From assembly GCA_002773615.1 (NCBI GenBank), contig PFAP01000002.1:1-54594 (forward strand): a stretch of DNA of 54,594 nucleotides. Direction: 5' to 3'. Origin of the DNA: Candidatus Falkowbacteria bacterium CG10_big_fil_rev_8_21_14_0_10_39_11. Its GTDB lineage: Bacteria; Patescibacteriota; Patescibacteriia; UBA11705. Position 1 is the stretch's first letter; the number at the start of each line of letters is the position of its first letter. Under the pieces are notes generated by a model. It was not told the origin of the DNA. It did not search any database and saw only the letters and a list, made by a program, of their open reading frames with translations. The position numbers and the translations under genes were made by a program. Positions 1 to 9,134 of the stretch are shown here, piece after piece.

Positions 1-89
1 ATTGTTTTTGCCATAGATATTGCCATATACCAAGATTATACAGTCTTGGGCAAAAACCGCCATATGTGTCGGCACATTACACACAAATA

Positions 90-118
90 TTGACAATGTT
101 TGGTTCGCGTGATATAAT
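90..118 (+). promoter_or_regulatory. sigma70 promoter (TTGACA-17-TATAAT, extended -10)
   Basis: TTGACA 90-95, 17-nt spacer, TG then TATAAT 113-118, upstream of ORF 152. Confidence 0.8.
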
Positions 119-151
119 TTATGGTTCAAAACCCCAAAATTGAGGTGAAAC

Positions 152-562
152 ATGAGTAAGAAAATCAGAAAGTACTGGTTGGTATGGTTCCATCAAGATC
201 ATTATGGTACTTTTCAGCGAGTCTATCCTGCTTGGATTCTCGGAGAAGAAGACTGCAAGAAGAAATATGGCGCTGCGGTCAAAGCTACTAGCATGGATGA
301 AGCAAAGGCTCTCTTGTGTGCGGCATATGATAACAAGCCAGCACCGTCTGTTCACAGTTGGAAGTGTTGCTTTGAGAAATCAGATGATTGGTCTCCCTTT
401 GATTGGGATTGGTTGAAAAGAGCAGATTGGATGGAGTGGACTAGCAATGAGGACGAGATGCCCAGAAGACAAATTCGATTGAGTAAGTTTCATTCCTTGG
501 TATTTGATGATAAACCGGTTTCTGTCAGGGCGGTTGAAAAACGGATGCATTTTTATGTCTGA
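152..562 (+). CDS. hypothetical protein (Trp-rich orphan)
   Basis: 136-aa ORF with GAGGTG SD and its own promoter. Confidence 0.65.
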   Translation: MSKKIRKYWLVWFHQDHYGTFQRVYPAWILGEEDCKKKYGAAVKATSMDEAKALLCAAYDNKPAPSVHSWKCCFEKSDDWSPFDWDWLKRADWMEWTSNEDEMPRRQIRLSKFHSLVFDDKPVSVRAVEKRMHFYV

Positions 563-762
563 TTGCTGGCTTGTTTTCCGGATGGAATTTTTGATCTGAC
601 TACAAACAAACTTCGACAATTTCCAATCATTATTGACAATCAGAATTTGGTTTTGATCGAACTGATCATGAACCTGTGTTTTGACATCTGATGATAAGAT
701 TCTTGATATGGTGATGGATCTGCTTTATCGTACACTGGGCCGCTAAGCCACAGAAGGAACGT

Positions 763-1032
763 ATGTCGAATCTGGCAGTTACACATGGTGGGATGGGCGA
801 GGTGTTTGTCGTTGACAAGCGTGGCAACCGAATTCGGATCGAGGAAAATGAAGACGAGATTGTTGTCGTCAATCAGACCACTGATAGGTGTGCTTACAAG
901 GACAATAAAGATCGACGGAAGTATCTTTTCAAGGGTGCGCGACCGCTGATGCAGTGGCAGCGTTGGGATCAGGTTCTACATGGATCGGTAGCTTTAATCA
1001 GAGCTACTTTTTGTTTGACGGAAATAGTGTAA
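763..1032 (+). CDS. hypothetical protein
   Basis: 89-aa ORF, AAGGA SD. Confidence 0.55.
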   Translation: MSNLAVTHGGMGEVFVVDKRGNRIRIEENEDEIVVVNQTTDRCAYKDNKDRRKYLFKGARPLMQWQRWDQVLHGSVALIRATFCLTEIV

Positions 1033-1072
1033 TTTGGTAAGTTAATTTCACTACAACTGGGAGGAGGACAGT

Positions 1073-1315
1073 ATGGGTAATTTTGATTCATATTCTTCCA
1101 AATTTTTAGTCCAAGCAAGATATCGATTACAGGTGTTATATCGAAGATGGTGTAGTGCTGATGATATTGAACGAGCACTTGATTGGTCAGATGATGACAG
1201 AGAACAAGCTAAAAATGCTTTGCTCGATATAAAGAAAATTGAAGCAGTCTTGGCACACCGAAGAAGACTGGAAGAACAGGAGCCAATTCATGAATGTATC
1301 TCGGCTCAAGGTTAA
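1073..1315 (+). CDS. hypothetical protein
   Basis: 80-aa ORF, GGGAGGAGG SD. Confidence 0.6.
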   Translation: MGNFDSYSSKFLVQARYRLQVLYRRWCSADDIERALDWSDDDREQAKNALLDIKKIEAVLAHRRRLEEQEPIHECISAQG

Positions 1316-1360
1316 GGCGTTTGGGATGAAGTTTGCCATTCAGGATAAGGAAGTCGTGAC

Positions 1361-1690
1361 ATGAAGATGGTCCAAACAGAATTCACTTGTCAGGCATTCA
1401 AACTGACGGTAGAAGTCGATGGTCGTGTCGTTGGGAGAGCTACTCTGGTTGTCATGCCAAATGAGCTTCATGATCGTCCGGCGGGTTTTTTGGAGGACGT
1501 TGAAGTTGACGATGCTTTTAAGGGACAGGGGATTGGCACAAAGTTAGTTCAGGAGATAATTGGTTTGGCTCGGGGGAAGTGCTATAAATTGGTAGATACC
1601 AGTCGTTTTTCTAGACCCAAGGTCCATGCTTGGTATGAAAGGCTGGGATTTAAGCGACATGGTTATGAGTTTAGATTGGATTTTGATTGA
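1361..1690 (+). CDS. GNAT family N-acetyltransferase
   Basis: LEDVEVD..FKGQGIGTKL acetyl-CoA motif A and WYERLGF motif B. Confidence 0.9.
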   Translation: MKMVQTEFTCQAFKLTVEVDGRVVGRATLVVMPNELHDRPAGFLEDVEVDDAFKGQGIGTKLVQEIIGLARGKCYKLVDTSRFSRPKVHAWYERLGFKRHGYEFRLDFD

Positions 1691-1798
1691 GAACGAATTA
1701 GCGAATATACGAATTATTGGCAGCTGGTAATACTGGCTGTTTTTTTGTTTTTATGTTTTAATGTGTTAGGATATAATCATTGAATTAATTTTAAGTCT

Positions 1799-2644
1799 AT
1801 GGAATTTTATGGATTGATTGAACATGATCGTTTTGCCAGTAATCGTGCAACTATTGATGCAATAAAAGATGCCTGTAAAAAAGGAAAAATTGCTTTTAAT
1901 GAAGTTAATGTTGAAAAGTTTGATTTTCTTTCATTCCCAGAATTATCAGAAGAGGATATTGTTTTTCGGATTACATCAGGTGTGAAGTCACGAAAGTTGG
2001 AAAAGTTGTTAATAAATGAAAAATGTAAAACTATTTATCATGATAATCAATTAGCTTATTTTAATCGAGGATCGTGTTATTATCACAATCTAAAAGTTGG
2101 GTTGCCTGTGATCCCGACAATAGTACAGATGCCACAAAGGTTTGAAGATTTGAAAAAGGCTGTGGAACTACTAGATGGTTATCCGGTAATTTTCAAGAAA
2201 GAGGGATTGAGTCACGGTCGAGGTGTGTCAAAGATTGAAAATGAAAAAGAGCTAGAATCCAGATTTGAAGCGGAAGATGGTAGTACAAATCTGATGATTC
2301 GTAAATTTATCAAACATGAAAAACAATATCGATTGGCGGTGTTGGGTGATGAAGTATTGGCTTGTCATCAAAATTGGCTGGCACCAAATGACTTTCGTTC
2401 AAATTCCGGTGATTCTCGCCTAAGAAAGTCAGAAGCTTGTGATTGTGAACCTGACTTGAAAGCAATAGCGATTGAAGCGGTGGCCTCAATGGGGATTGAT
2501 TTTGGTGGTGTTGATATTTTGATTGATGATCAAGGTGATGCTTATATTGCCGAAGTAAATGCTCCATTTTACTTTGCCAGTACAGCCAAGTTGTGCCAGG
2601 TTGACATTGCTGGGGCCTTGGTTGATCATTTGATGAAAAAATAG
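1799..2644 (+). CDS. RimK-like ATP-grasp ligase
   Basis: YPVIFK..GLSHGRGV, DFRSN, FGGVDI, EVN motifs. Confidence 0.85.
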   Translation: MEFYGLIEHDRFASNRATIDAIKDACKKGKIAFNEVNVEKFDFLSFPELSEEDIVFRITSGVKSRKLEKLLINEKCKTIYHDNQLAYFNRGSCYYHNLKVGLPVIPTIVQMPQRFEDLKKAVELLDGYPVIFKKEGLSHGRGVSKIENEKELESRFEAEDGSTNLMIRKFIKHEKQYRLAVLGDEVLACHQNWLAPNDFRSNSGDSRLRKSEACDCEPDLKAIAIEAVASMGIDFGGVDILIDDQGDAYIAEVNAPFYFASTAKLCQVDIAGALVDHLMKK

Positions 2645-2645
2645 G

Positions 2646-2674
2646 TTGACAAAAACTGAATTTATTGATATGAT
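2646..2674 (+). promoter_or_regulatory. sigma70 promoter
   Basis: TTGACA 2646-2651, 17 nt, TATGAT 2669-2674. Confidence 0.65.
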
Positions 2675-2707
2675 TGTTGGTTATCATATCACACCTGACT
2701 GGAGGCA

Positions 2708-2956
2708 TTGATGACTACACGCAAAGATAAGATGTTTTCTGTTTTTATGAGTCTTTTGTTGTTGGCATTGTGGACCAATTTTGTAGCTTTGGTGATTTTT
2801 ATGATTCAAGCTGGATGGCTATCGCATTTTATCCCTTGGATCATTTTGTTAGTAATGACTGCGCTTGTGTGGTTTGTCTCAGTGTTGTCTTTGCCGATCA
2901 TTGCAAATGTTTGGAAAATTAAATGGTTAATAAAATTGGTTGGTGATGGCTCGTAA
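2708..2956 (+). CDS. small membrane protein
   Basis: two hydrophobic helices, GGAGG SD, hairpin plus T-run overlapping the stop. Confidence 0.65.
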   Translation: MMTTRKDKMFSVFMSLLLLALWTNFVALVIFMIQAGWLSHFIPWIILLVMTALVWFVSVLSLPIIANVWKIKWLIKLVGDGS

Positions 2957-2985
2957 ATACGAGTCATTTTTGTATTACGAATCTA

Positions 2986-3026
2986 CCCTTCGACGCGTTG
3001 TAATTCTGCGACTTGCTCAGGGCAGG
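2986..3026. repeat. REP-like intergenic palindromic element (CCCTTCGAC...GCTCAGGGCAGG type)
   Basis: GC-rich imperfect palindrome in an AT-rich intergenic region. Confidence 0.5.
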
Positions 3027-3101
3027 TTTAATGGTTATTTATACTACGAATAAAAAAGGCGGTTTTATCATTATACAAAAAAACCTACGTGTTAGTAGGT
3101 T

Positions 3102-3557
3102 TTACTTTTGGGAAATGAGTTTCCAGGTGGGATTGATGACAATCCTCGGAGTATAATCCGGCGGAATCGCTGGTTGTACGGCCAATCGTTCGGCACCACA
3201 ATTGATCAATTCAATGCGAGTTCGTGGCCACTGGACTTCAGTTCTACCATGAAGAACTTTGCAGGTCGCAAAGACGTCTGGGTAGAACTTTAGGCGAATG
3301 ATGTTACCGCAGTTTGAAGTCGAGCCATATTCCATAATGTATTCCTGGAACAGGAATGTGAGCTTGAGATCAAAATCTGGGGCCGAGTACCAGATACATT
3401 TTTCTGATTCTGACTGACCTGATTGCATGAACGGAATGTCCGAATAGGCCTGGACTGTTTCTGGGCCATACTTGTGGTCTTGAACTTGTGTCTTAACCGA
3501 TGAGCAACTTAAAAACACAAAGCTTAGAATGGCGATAGTAAGAAACTTGAGTCGCAT
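3102..3557 (-). CDS. orphan lipoprotein
   Basis: likely start MRLKFLTIA at 3557 after GGAGGAGG SD; FLSC lipobox; TTGACT-17-TATAAT promoter on the minus strand at 3632-3604. Confidence 0.7.
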   Translation of the reverse strand: MRLKFLTIAILSFVFLSCSSVKTQVQDHKYGPETVQAYSDIPFMQSGQSESEKCIWYSAPDFDLKLTFLFQEYIMEYGSTSNCGNIIRLKFYPDVFATCKVLHGRTEVQWPRTRIELINCGAERLAVQPAIPPDYTPRIVINPTWKLISQK

Positions 3558-3707
3558 CTTTTCCTCCTCCAGTGGTGGTCTGCGTCGACAGTCGACAATC
3601 ACAATTATATCAAATCTAAAAATTAAAGTCAATGGTGAGTTTGTGGATACTTGACAACATATTAGTTATATGATAAAATATGTAGTTAATCACCTAGGGA
3701 GGGCAAT

Positions 3708-4679
3708 ATGAAAACGTTCCGGCAGTGTTTCTTGCTGATTTGCGTGGCTTTGGTTGCTGCTTGTAATTTTGATGTACCGCCGATTGATGTGCCTAAAATT
3801 GAGATTGATCAGCCTGAATATCCGGATTTTAATCAGTTGATTGATTTTTGGACCAGTAGTCAGGGATCTGACAGCGATGGTGAGATTGACCATAATCAAT
3901 GTGATGATGGTGATCCGTGTACTGATGATTTCTTTGTCCCGGGATTTGGTTGTCACTGTGATGACAACGGGACATGTGTCGATGATCACGTTCTCAGTTC
4001 CGAGGCAGATGCTGTCGAGCCTTGTCAAAATGGAGTCTGTACATTTGGGTTGGAGTTGAATGCTCATACCGGCATTAGTTTTTTTAAACCGTATAAAGCC
4101 AATGCTTGGGCTTATGACGCCAATGGTATGTTGGTATTTGTTATGACTGATGATCATGTTGGTGTTCTGGGGGATACTGAAGTTCTCCCGAGTGTTATTA
4201 CTATGCTCAAAAAGTTTCGCTATCCCGCTGAAACATTTAACGTGTATTTGACTGGCGGAGCTGCTTGTAGTCCAGCACATAATGTTTTGAGATTTGAACA
4301 AATTCCGGAAAATGTTTTTCTGGGCTTTGACCGAACTTTTCGGCCAACATATCTTGGTTATTTTACTCAAGACTATACCTATGTTGATTATATGCTCGAT
4401 AATTATGATTTGATGGTGGTTTGTTGGTATGGTGATCAAGATTGGCTTAGTGATGAGGCCCGAGCAATTCATGATGATAGTATCCGTGAATTGATTAACG
4501 CTGGAATGGATGTGCTCTTTGTCACTGATGCTCTTCGCACGATTTCGACGACAGAGAGTAATGCTCCAACGCTGCTCCATATTCATCGTTTGAATGAATG
4601 GCTGGAGAGATATGGCGTGGATGTTATTCCTGGATATCTCGAAAGTGGAAACACCCAGGGAGAAATTATTGTAAATTAA
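3708..4679 (+). CDS. lipoprotein with Cys-rich CDDGDPCTDD motif
   Basis: VAAC lipobox, Cys-rich segment, GGGAGG SD, promoter TTGACA 3651 / TAAAAT 3674. Confidence 0.75.
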   Translation: MKTFRQCFLLICVALVAACNFDVPPIDVPKIEIDQPEYPDFNQLIDFWTSSQGSDSDGEIDHNQCDDGDPCTDDFFVPGFGCHCDDNGTCVDDHVLSSEADAVEPCQNGVCTFGLELNAHTGISFFKPYKANAWAYDANGMLVFVMTDDHVGVLGDTEVLPSVITMLKKFRYPAETFNVYLTGGAACSPAHNVLRFEQIPENVFLGFDRTFRPTYLGYFTQDYTYVDYMLDNYDLMVVCWYGDQDWLSDEARAIHDDSIRELINAGMDVLFVTDALRTISTTESNAPTLLHIHRLNEWLERYGVDVIPGYLESGNTQGEIIVN

Positions 4680-4783
4680 GCAACACAAAGTGTTGTTTTT
4701 TTGCATCTTGTTTACATATGATACTATTTATGATATACTGTTATGTAGTATTGACAACAATCAAAATCAAGGATGGATGACCG

Positions 4784-5065
4784 GTGATGAGAAATTTCTG
4801 GGGATACCTGTATGCCATGTTGGCGCAGCTGGTTGTAAATTCAGATCTTCATTCGCCGTTTCCGATTTTTTGGAATGGTGAGTTTGAATTCGTTGAAAAG
4901 GCGTTGAAGATCAATTGGACCAAGACTTCCTGGTGCCGGTGGAAGATAAGTCTATCTTATACCTGTGATGGGGAAATTTACGGCGGAGAGGCGATTCTCA
5001 TGGCTCCGGAAGGATATTATTGTGAAACACACAGCCTTGGCAGTTCAGTCGAGGTGGCAGTCTAA
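4784..5065 (+). CDS. hypothetical protein
   Basis: 93-aa ORF followed by hairpin GCAGTC-TAATAA-GACTGT and a T-run. Confidence 0.55.
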   Translation: MMRNFWGYLYAMLAQLVVNSDLHSPFPIFWNGEFEFVEKALKINWTKTSWCRWKISLSYTCDGEIYGGEAILMAPEGYYCETHSLGSSVEVAV

Positions 5066-5114
5066 TAAGACTGTTTTTTTGTAACAAAAAACTCGCATGT
5101 TTACGAGTTGAACG

Positions 5115-5327
5115 TTAGGTTGATTTCAATTTATTTCGATTTGAGTAACAAGCAAAGATGACAAATCCTACACTTAGGAATCCGGTCAATACCAGTTTGT
5201 ACTTGTCTTCATCCGTGTTGTTGCTAAAGACTTCTGGATAGGCTTTGATTGCATAAAGGGTATAGACGCTGCTTGCAATATAGAGAACCAAAAATCCAAT
5301 TTGTGCGAGCGAGATTAACCATTCCAT
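5115..5327 (-). CDS. small membrane protein
   Basis: two TM segments, AAAGGA SD. Confidence 0.55.
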   Translation of the reverse strand: MEWLISLAQIGFLVLYIASSVYTLYAIKAYPEVFSNNTDEDKYKLVLTGFLSVGFVIFACYSNRNKLKST

Positions 5328-5504
5328 TTTGTTTCCTTTGAGTTTGGGGGCTCTTGTTTTTTAGCCCGCGTTTGTTTATAATGGACATAACTGTAATTAT
5401 AGGTTAATTTATGCAATTGTCAAATCGTAAAATCTCCCCTTTGGGGGTATATAATAGAGATTCAGTTAATTAGATAATTAGTGAATTAGTTTTTATATAA
5501 AAAT

Positions 5505-6776
5505 ATGTTAGATATAAAATTTATTAGAGAGAATTTAAATGATGTAATCACGGCGGCTGAAAATAAAAATATCAAAATTGATTTTGACAAACTTTTACAA
5601 TTGGATGATAAGCGGCGTGACCTCACTCAAAAATCAGAAGAATTTCGAATGAAAAAAAATGAGGCTTCAAAACAAATTCCCAAGTTGGAAGGCATTGACA
5701 AAGAATATCTTTTGGCTGAAATGAAGACTTTGACTGAGGATCAGAATAAGATTGAGGACCAATTGATTAAAATCAAGGCGGAGTTTGATAGTTTAATGTT
5801 GTTGGTGCCAATGGTTCCAAGCAAAGAGACTCCCGTTGGTAAGGATGAAGACTCAAATGAAGAAATTAAGCGCTGGGGTGAACTGAGGACATTTGAGTTC
5901 GACCTTAAAGATCATATGACTCTGGGACGTGATTTGGATATTATTGATAATGAACGAGCAGCAAAAATTGCCGGCAGTCGATCATATATTCTGAAAGGTG
6001 ATGGTGCCAGGCTTGAGTATGCGGTGTTAAAGTATGCAATGGATTTTATTGCACGCAAAAATTATATATTGATGAGCGTGCCGGTAATGGTCAACCGTTT
6101 TGCCCTTGAAGGGACCGGTTTTTTTCCTGGCAATGAAGACGATATCTATGAATTGGAGAAAGACAACAAGTTTTTAGTTGGAACTTCAGAAGTACCACTT
6201 GGAGCTTATTATTTTGATGAAGTGGTTGATATGAGTCAATTACCAATAAAATTTTCTGGGGTGTCAACTTGTTATCGTCGAGAATCTGGAACCTACGGCA
6301 AAGATACTCATGGACTATATAGAGTCCATCAGTTTAATAAGATTGAACAGTTTGTCATTTGTAAAGGAGAGGCGGAGGAAAGTCAGAAGGCATTTGACGA
6401 GCTGAAAGCTAATACTGAAGAGTTTTTGCAAAGTTTAAATCTGCCATATAGAGTATTGAATGTTTGTACCGGTGATATGGGTAAGGGAAAGTATTATATG
6501 AATGATCTGGAATGTTGGATGCCCAGTCGTGATGGCTATGGTGAGACTCACTCATGTTCAAACCTTCATGATTTTCAAGCACGGCGATTGAATTTGCGAT
6601 ACAAAGATGAGTCGGGTAAAATGCAATTTTGTCATACGTTGAACAACACAATGGTAGCAACTCCGAGAATATTGATACCGATTATTGAGAACAATCAAAA
6701 TGAAGATGGTTCTATAACCATTCCTGAAGTTTTGAGACCATATATGGCTAACCAAGAAAAAATCGAGAAAAAATAG
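5505..6776 (+). CDS. serS: serine--tRNA ligase
   Basis: MLDIKFIRE start, GTSEVPL, YRRESG..GLYRVHQF, SCSN..DFQARRL, HTLNNT. Confidence 0.98.
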   Translation: MLDIKFIRENLNDVITAAENKNIKIDFDKLLQLDDKRRDLTQKSEEFRMKKNEASKQIPKLEGIDKEYLLAEMKTLTEDQNKIEDQLIKIKAEFDSLMLLVPMVPSKETPVGKDEDSNEEIKRWGELRTFEFDLKDHMTLGRDLDIIDNERAAKIAGSRSYILKGDGARLEYAVLKYAMDFIARKNYILMSVPVMVNRFALEGTGFFPGNEDDIYELEKDNKFLVGTSEVPLGAYYFDEVVDMSQLPIKFSGVSTCYRRESGTYGKDTHGLYRVHQFNKIEQFVICKGEAEESQKAFDELKANTEEFLQSLNLPYRVLNVCTGDMGKGKYYMNDLECWMPSRDGYGETHSCSNLHDFQARRLNLRYKDESGKMQFCHTLNNTMVATPRILIPIIENNQNEDGSITIPEVLRPYMANQEKIEKK

Positions 6777-6903
6777 CCACGAATTTACAAATATTATTAA
6801 GATTGTGAATGATAAACGATTGGTTATTAAATTAAGTATTTGTTATAATAGATAGAGTCGAAAGGCTCTATTTTGTATTATAATTTAAGAATATAAGTTT
6901 TTG

Positions 6904-6987
6904 TGTCATGCTGAAGTTTTCGATTGAATATAACCCTTTCCGCCTACGTAAACACTTTGGCGGACAGGTGAGGGCTTCAGGGTGACA
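6904..6987. repeat. REP-like element TGTCATGCTGAAG...CTTCAGGGTGACA with a nested CCTTTCCGCC...GGCGGACAGG element
   Basis: terminal inverted arms; inner element 6935-6968 recurs at 26424-26457. Confidence 0.65.
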
Positions 6988-7000
6988 ACACACAAAAAAT

Positions 7001-8074
7001 ATGAAAAAATTAAAAGCAAATTTTCAGGATCGATCATATGATATTTTTTATCAATTAGGCTTGATTGATAAAACTGGTACTTTAATTAAACCGCTCAAAA
7101 CTGATAAGAAAGTGGTGATTGTTTCTGAGGCAAATATTAAAAAATTGTTTGGATCCAAGTTGGAAAAGAGTTTGAAACAAAGCGGGTTTAAGTTTTCTTG
7201 GGTTTTGCTCAGGGGTGGCCAAGAAAAAACATTGGCTGAGATTGAGCGTCTTTATCATTTGTTTGCTAAACAAAACTTATCACGGCATTCAGTCGTAATT
7301 TCTTTGGGTGGGGGATCGGTGCAGGATTTGGCCTGTTTTGCCGCGGCTACTTTCAAGCGAGGACTGAAGTTGGTACAAATCCCAACCACGTTACTAATTT
7401 CATCAGATGTCAGTATTGGTGGTTGTGCAGTTGACTTGCCAGAAGGCAAGAGCTTGGTCGGGACTTTTTATCAGCCAGTTTTGGTGATTCAAGATGTGGC
7501 TTTGCTCAAAGGATTACCTGATATTATTTATAGAGATGGTTTGGCTGAAATTATTAAATACTCAATCAATGCTGGATTTTTTGATCAATTAGAAAAAGAT
7601 TTTGTCAAATTAATAAAGCGTGATTTAAAAGTGGTTGAAAAGTATGTTTATTTGTCAAACAAGATAAAGAAGGAATTGACTGAACAGGATGAAAGAGATT
7701 GTCATGACATCCGGATCCAGGTTGACTTGGGGCACACGATTTCTCATGCGCTTGAAGCGATTATGAATTATAAAATTTCTCATGGTCAGGCTTTGGGGAT
7801 TGGGCTAAGGGGAGCGGTTTTGTTGTCAGAGATGAGTGGTGGTTTGAGTAAAACAAAACGCGAGAGAGTGGAAAAATTAATTGTGGATTCAGGCTTGCCA
7901 TATACATTACCCAAGGGAGTGACGTATGCAGAGTTAATCAAGCATATAAAGAAAGATAAGAAGTGTTATGGCAATAAGTTGGTGTTTATTTTAATTAAGG
8001 ATTTTGGCCAACTGACAATTACGCATAAAGTGCATGAAAATATGGTAAAAAAAGTAATTGATTTGATAAAATAG
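7001..8074 (+). CDS. aroB: 3-dehydroquinate synthase-family sugar-phosphate cyclase (divergent)
   Basis: LGGGSVQDL, QIPTTLL, GLAEIIK, LGHTISHALE, ISHGQA, DKK motifs. Confidence 0.75.
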   Translation: MKKLKANFQDRSYDIFYQLGLIDKTGTLIKPLKTDKKVVIVSEANIKKLFGSKLEKSLKQSGFKFSWVLLRGGQEKTLAEIERLYHLFAKQNLSRHSVVISLGGGSVQDLACFAAATFKRGLKLVQIPTTLLISSDVSIGGCAVDLPEGKSLVGTFYQPVLVIQDVALLKGLPDIIYRDGLAEIIKYSINAGFFDQLEKDFVKLIKRDLKVVEKYVYLSNKIKKELTEQDERDCHDIRIQVDLGHTISHALEAIMNYKISHGQALGIGLRGAVLLSEMSGGLSKTKRERVEKLIVDSGLPYTLPKGVTYAELIKHIKKDKKCYGNKLVFILIKDFGQLTITHKVHENMVKKVIDLIK

Positions 8075-8377
8075 TGTATAGTTAATCATAAGGGGTAACA
8101 CTTTGATAAAATAAGGTAACAAAGGTTAACTCATAATATCAAAGTAAAATATGGCTGGTTCACCTCTTACAAATGGTACAATAGAGATCATGGACTGATA
8201 AAATCAAGTAAATACAGACCAAGAAAAATCCACCCGCATACGAAGCTAACATTTAAAATCAAAACGATTATTCAAGAAGTCAAACGCATGAAGGCAAGGG
8301 AATGAACGGTTTAACTCCACACGAAAAATACCTTATTTTAGCCTCTAAAGGTGTAACCCTTGAAGGTTAACTGTACA
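8075..8377 (+). mobile_element. IS481-family miniature/deleted insertion sequence
   Basis: TGT...ACA ends, 27-bp imperfect terminal IRs (21/27), AATAG direct repeat at 8070-8074 and 8378-8382, transposase-like N- and C-terminal fragments. Confidence 0.8.
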
Positions 8378-8441
8378 AATAGTTGACAAATACAGATAAA
8401 TTTTGTAAAGTGTATTTTGGCCCAATTAACGGGAGGGAGCC

Positions 8442-8786
8442 ATGAATAAGTTCTGTTATCGTTGGGGATTTGTATCTTTACAGACTTCAAAGCCGTTGAC
8501 GAATCGGTTGGTGAAAGTTTTGGTCCATTTTGGTCAAAAGATTCTTTTTGATCCCGATCGACATTCTGGTGAGCCTGGTTATGTTGAGATTTCTCTGTCT
8601 AAAAATGATCCGTGGAATGATGTTGCTGGTGTGATCACAACCGAAGGTCGGCATGTAAATCTCGGTGGTTTGTCTGGATTACATTTGCTGGCAGAGTTGG
8701 AGTCTGACGAGGGTGATTTTAAGGTAAGTTTTATGCTTAGCGGACGAGAGGAAATGATCAATCCCCGTTCTAGCATGTCACATTAA
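8442..8786 (+). CDS. hypothetical protein
   Basis: 114-aa ORF, GGGAGGGAG SD, TTGACA at 8383. Confidence 0.65.
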   Translation: MNKFCYRWGFVSLQTSKPLTNRLVKVLVHFGQKILFDPDRHSGEPGYVEISLSKNDPWNDVAGVITTEGRHVNLGGLSGLHLLAELESDEGDFKVSFMLSGREEMINPRSSMSH

Positions 8787-8809
8787 TTGATCATAAAATG
8801 GAGGGGAAA

Positions 8810-9073
8810 ATGGAAGGCCTTCGCATCAGATTTCTAGAAATACAGAAGTTTTACGGCAGTTTCCCGGTCGATTCCGACCTGGGGAAAAGTTTGCAGTCTT
8901 CTGGTAAAGTGGCTGAGAGAGTTATTTCCACCGATGATGTAATGACGATTGTGTCAGTCTCTAATGTTGCTGGCGGCAAGACAATTTTTGTGGCCGTGCC
9001 TGAGCGTAGTAAACGACAGCGTAGAATCGTTTTTCGCAACATCGATAATATGGCTATTGAATTAGTAGCATAG
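8810..9073 (+). CDS. hypothetical protein
   Basis: GGAGG SD before ATG 8810; terminator GGGTCAA..TTGACTC plus T-run follows. Confidence 0.6.
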   Translation: MEGLRIRFLEIQKFYGSFPVDSDLGKSLQSSGKVAERVISTDDVMTIVSVSNVAGGKTIFVAVPERSKRQRRIVFRNIDNMAIELVA

Positions 9074-9134
9074 GGGTCAATAAGCTTGACTCTTTTTTTA
9101 TTGTCAAAAAAGAGAATTATGGTAAAATAGATCT

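Noticed and set aside
3690-4706. 338-aa antisense ORF
   Set aside because: Codon-aligned shadow of the lipoprotein; Ile/Asn/Ser-rich with no start signals
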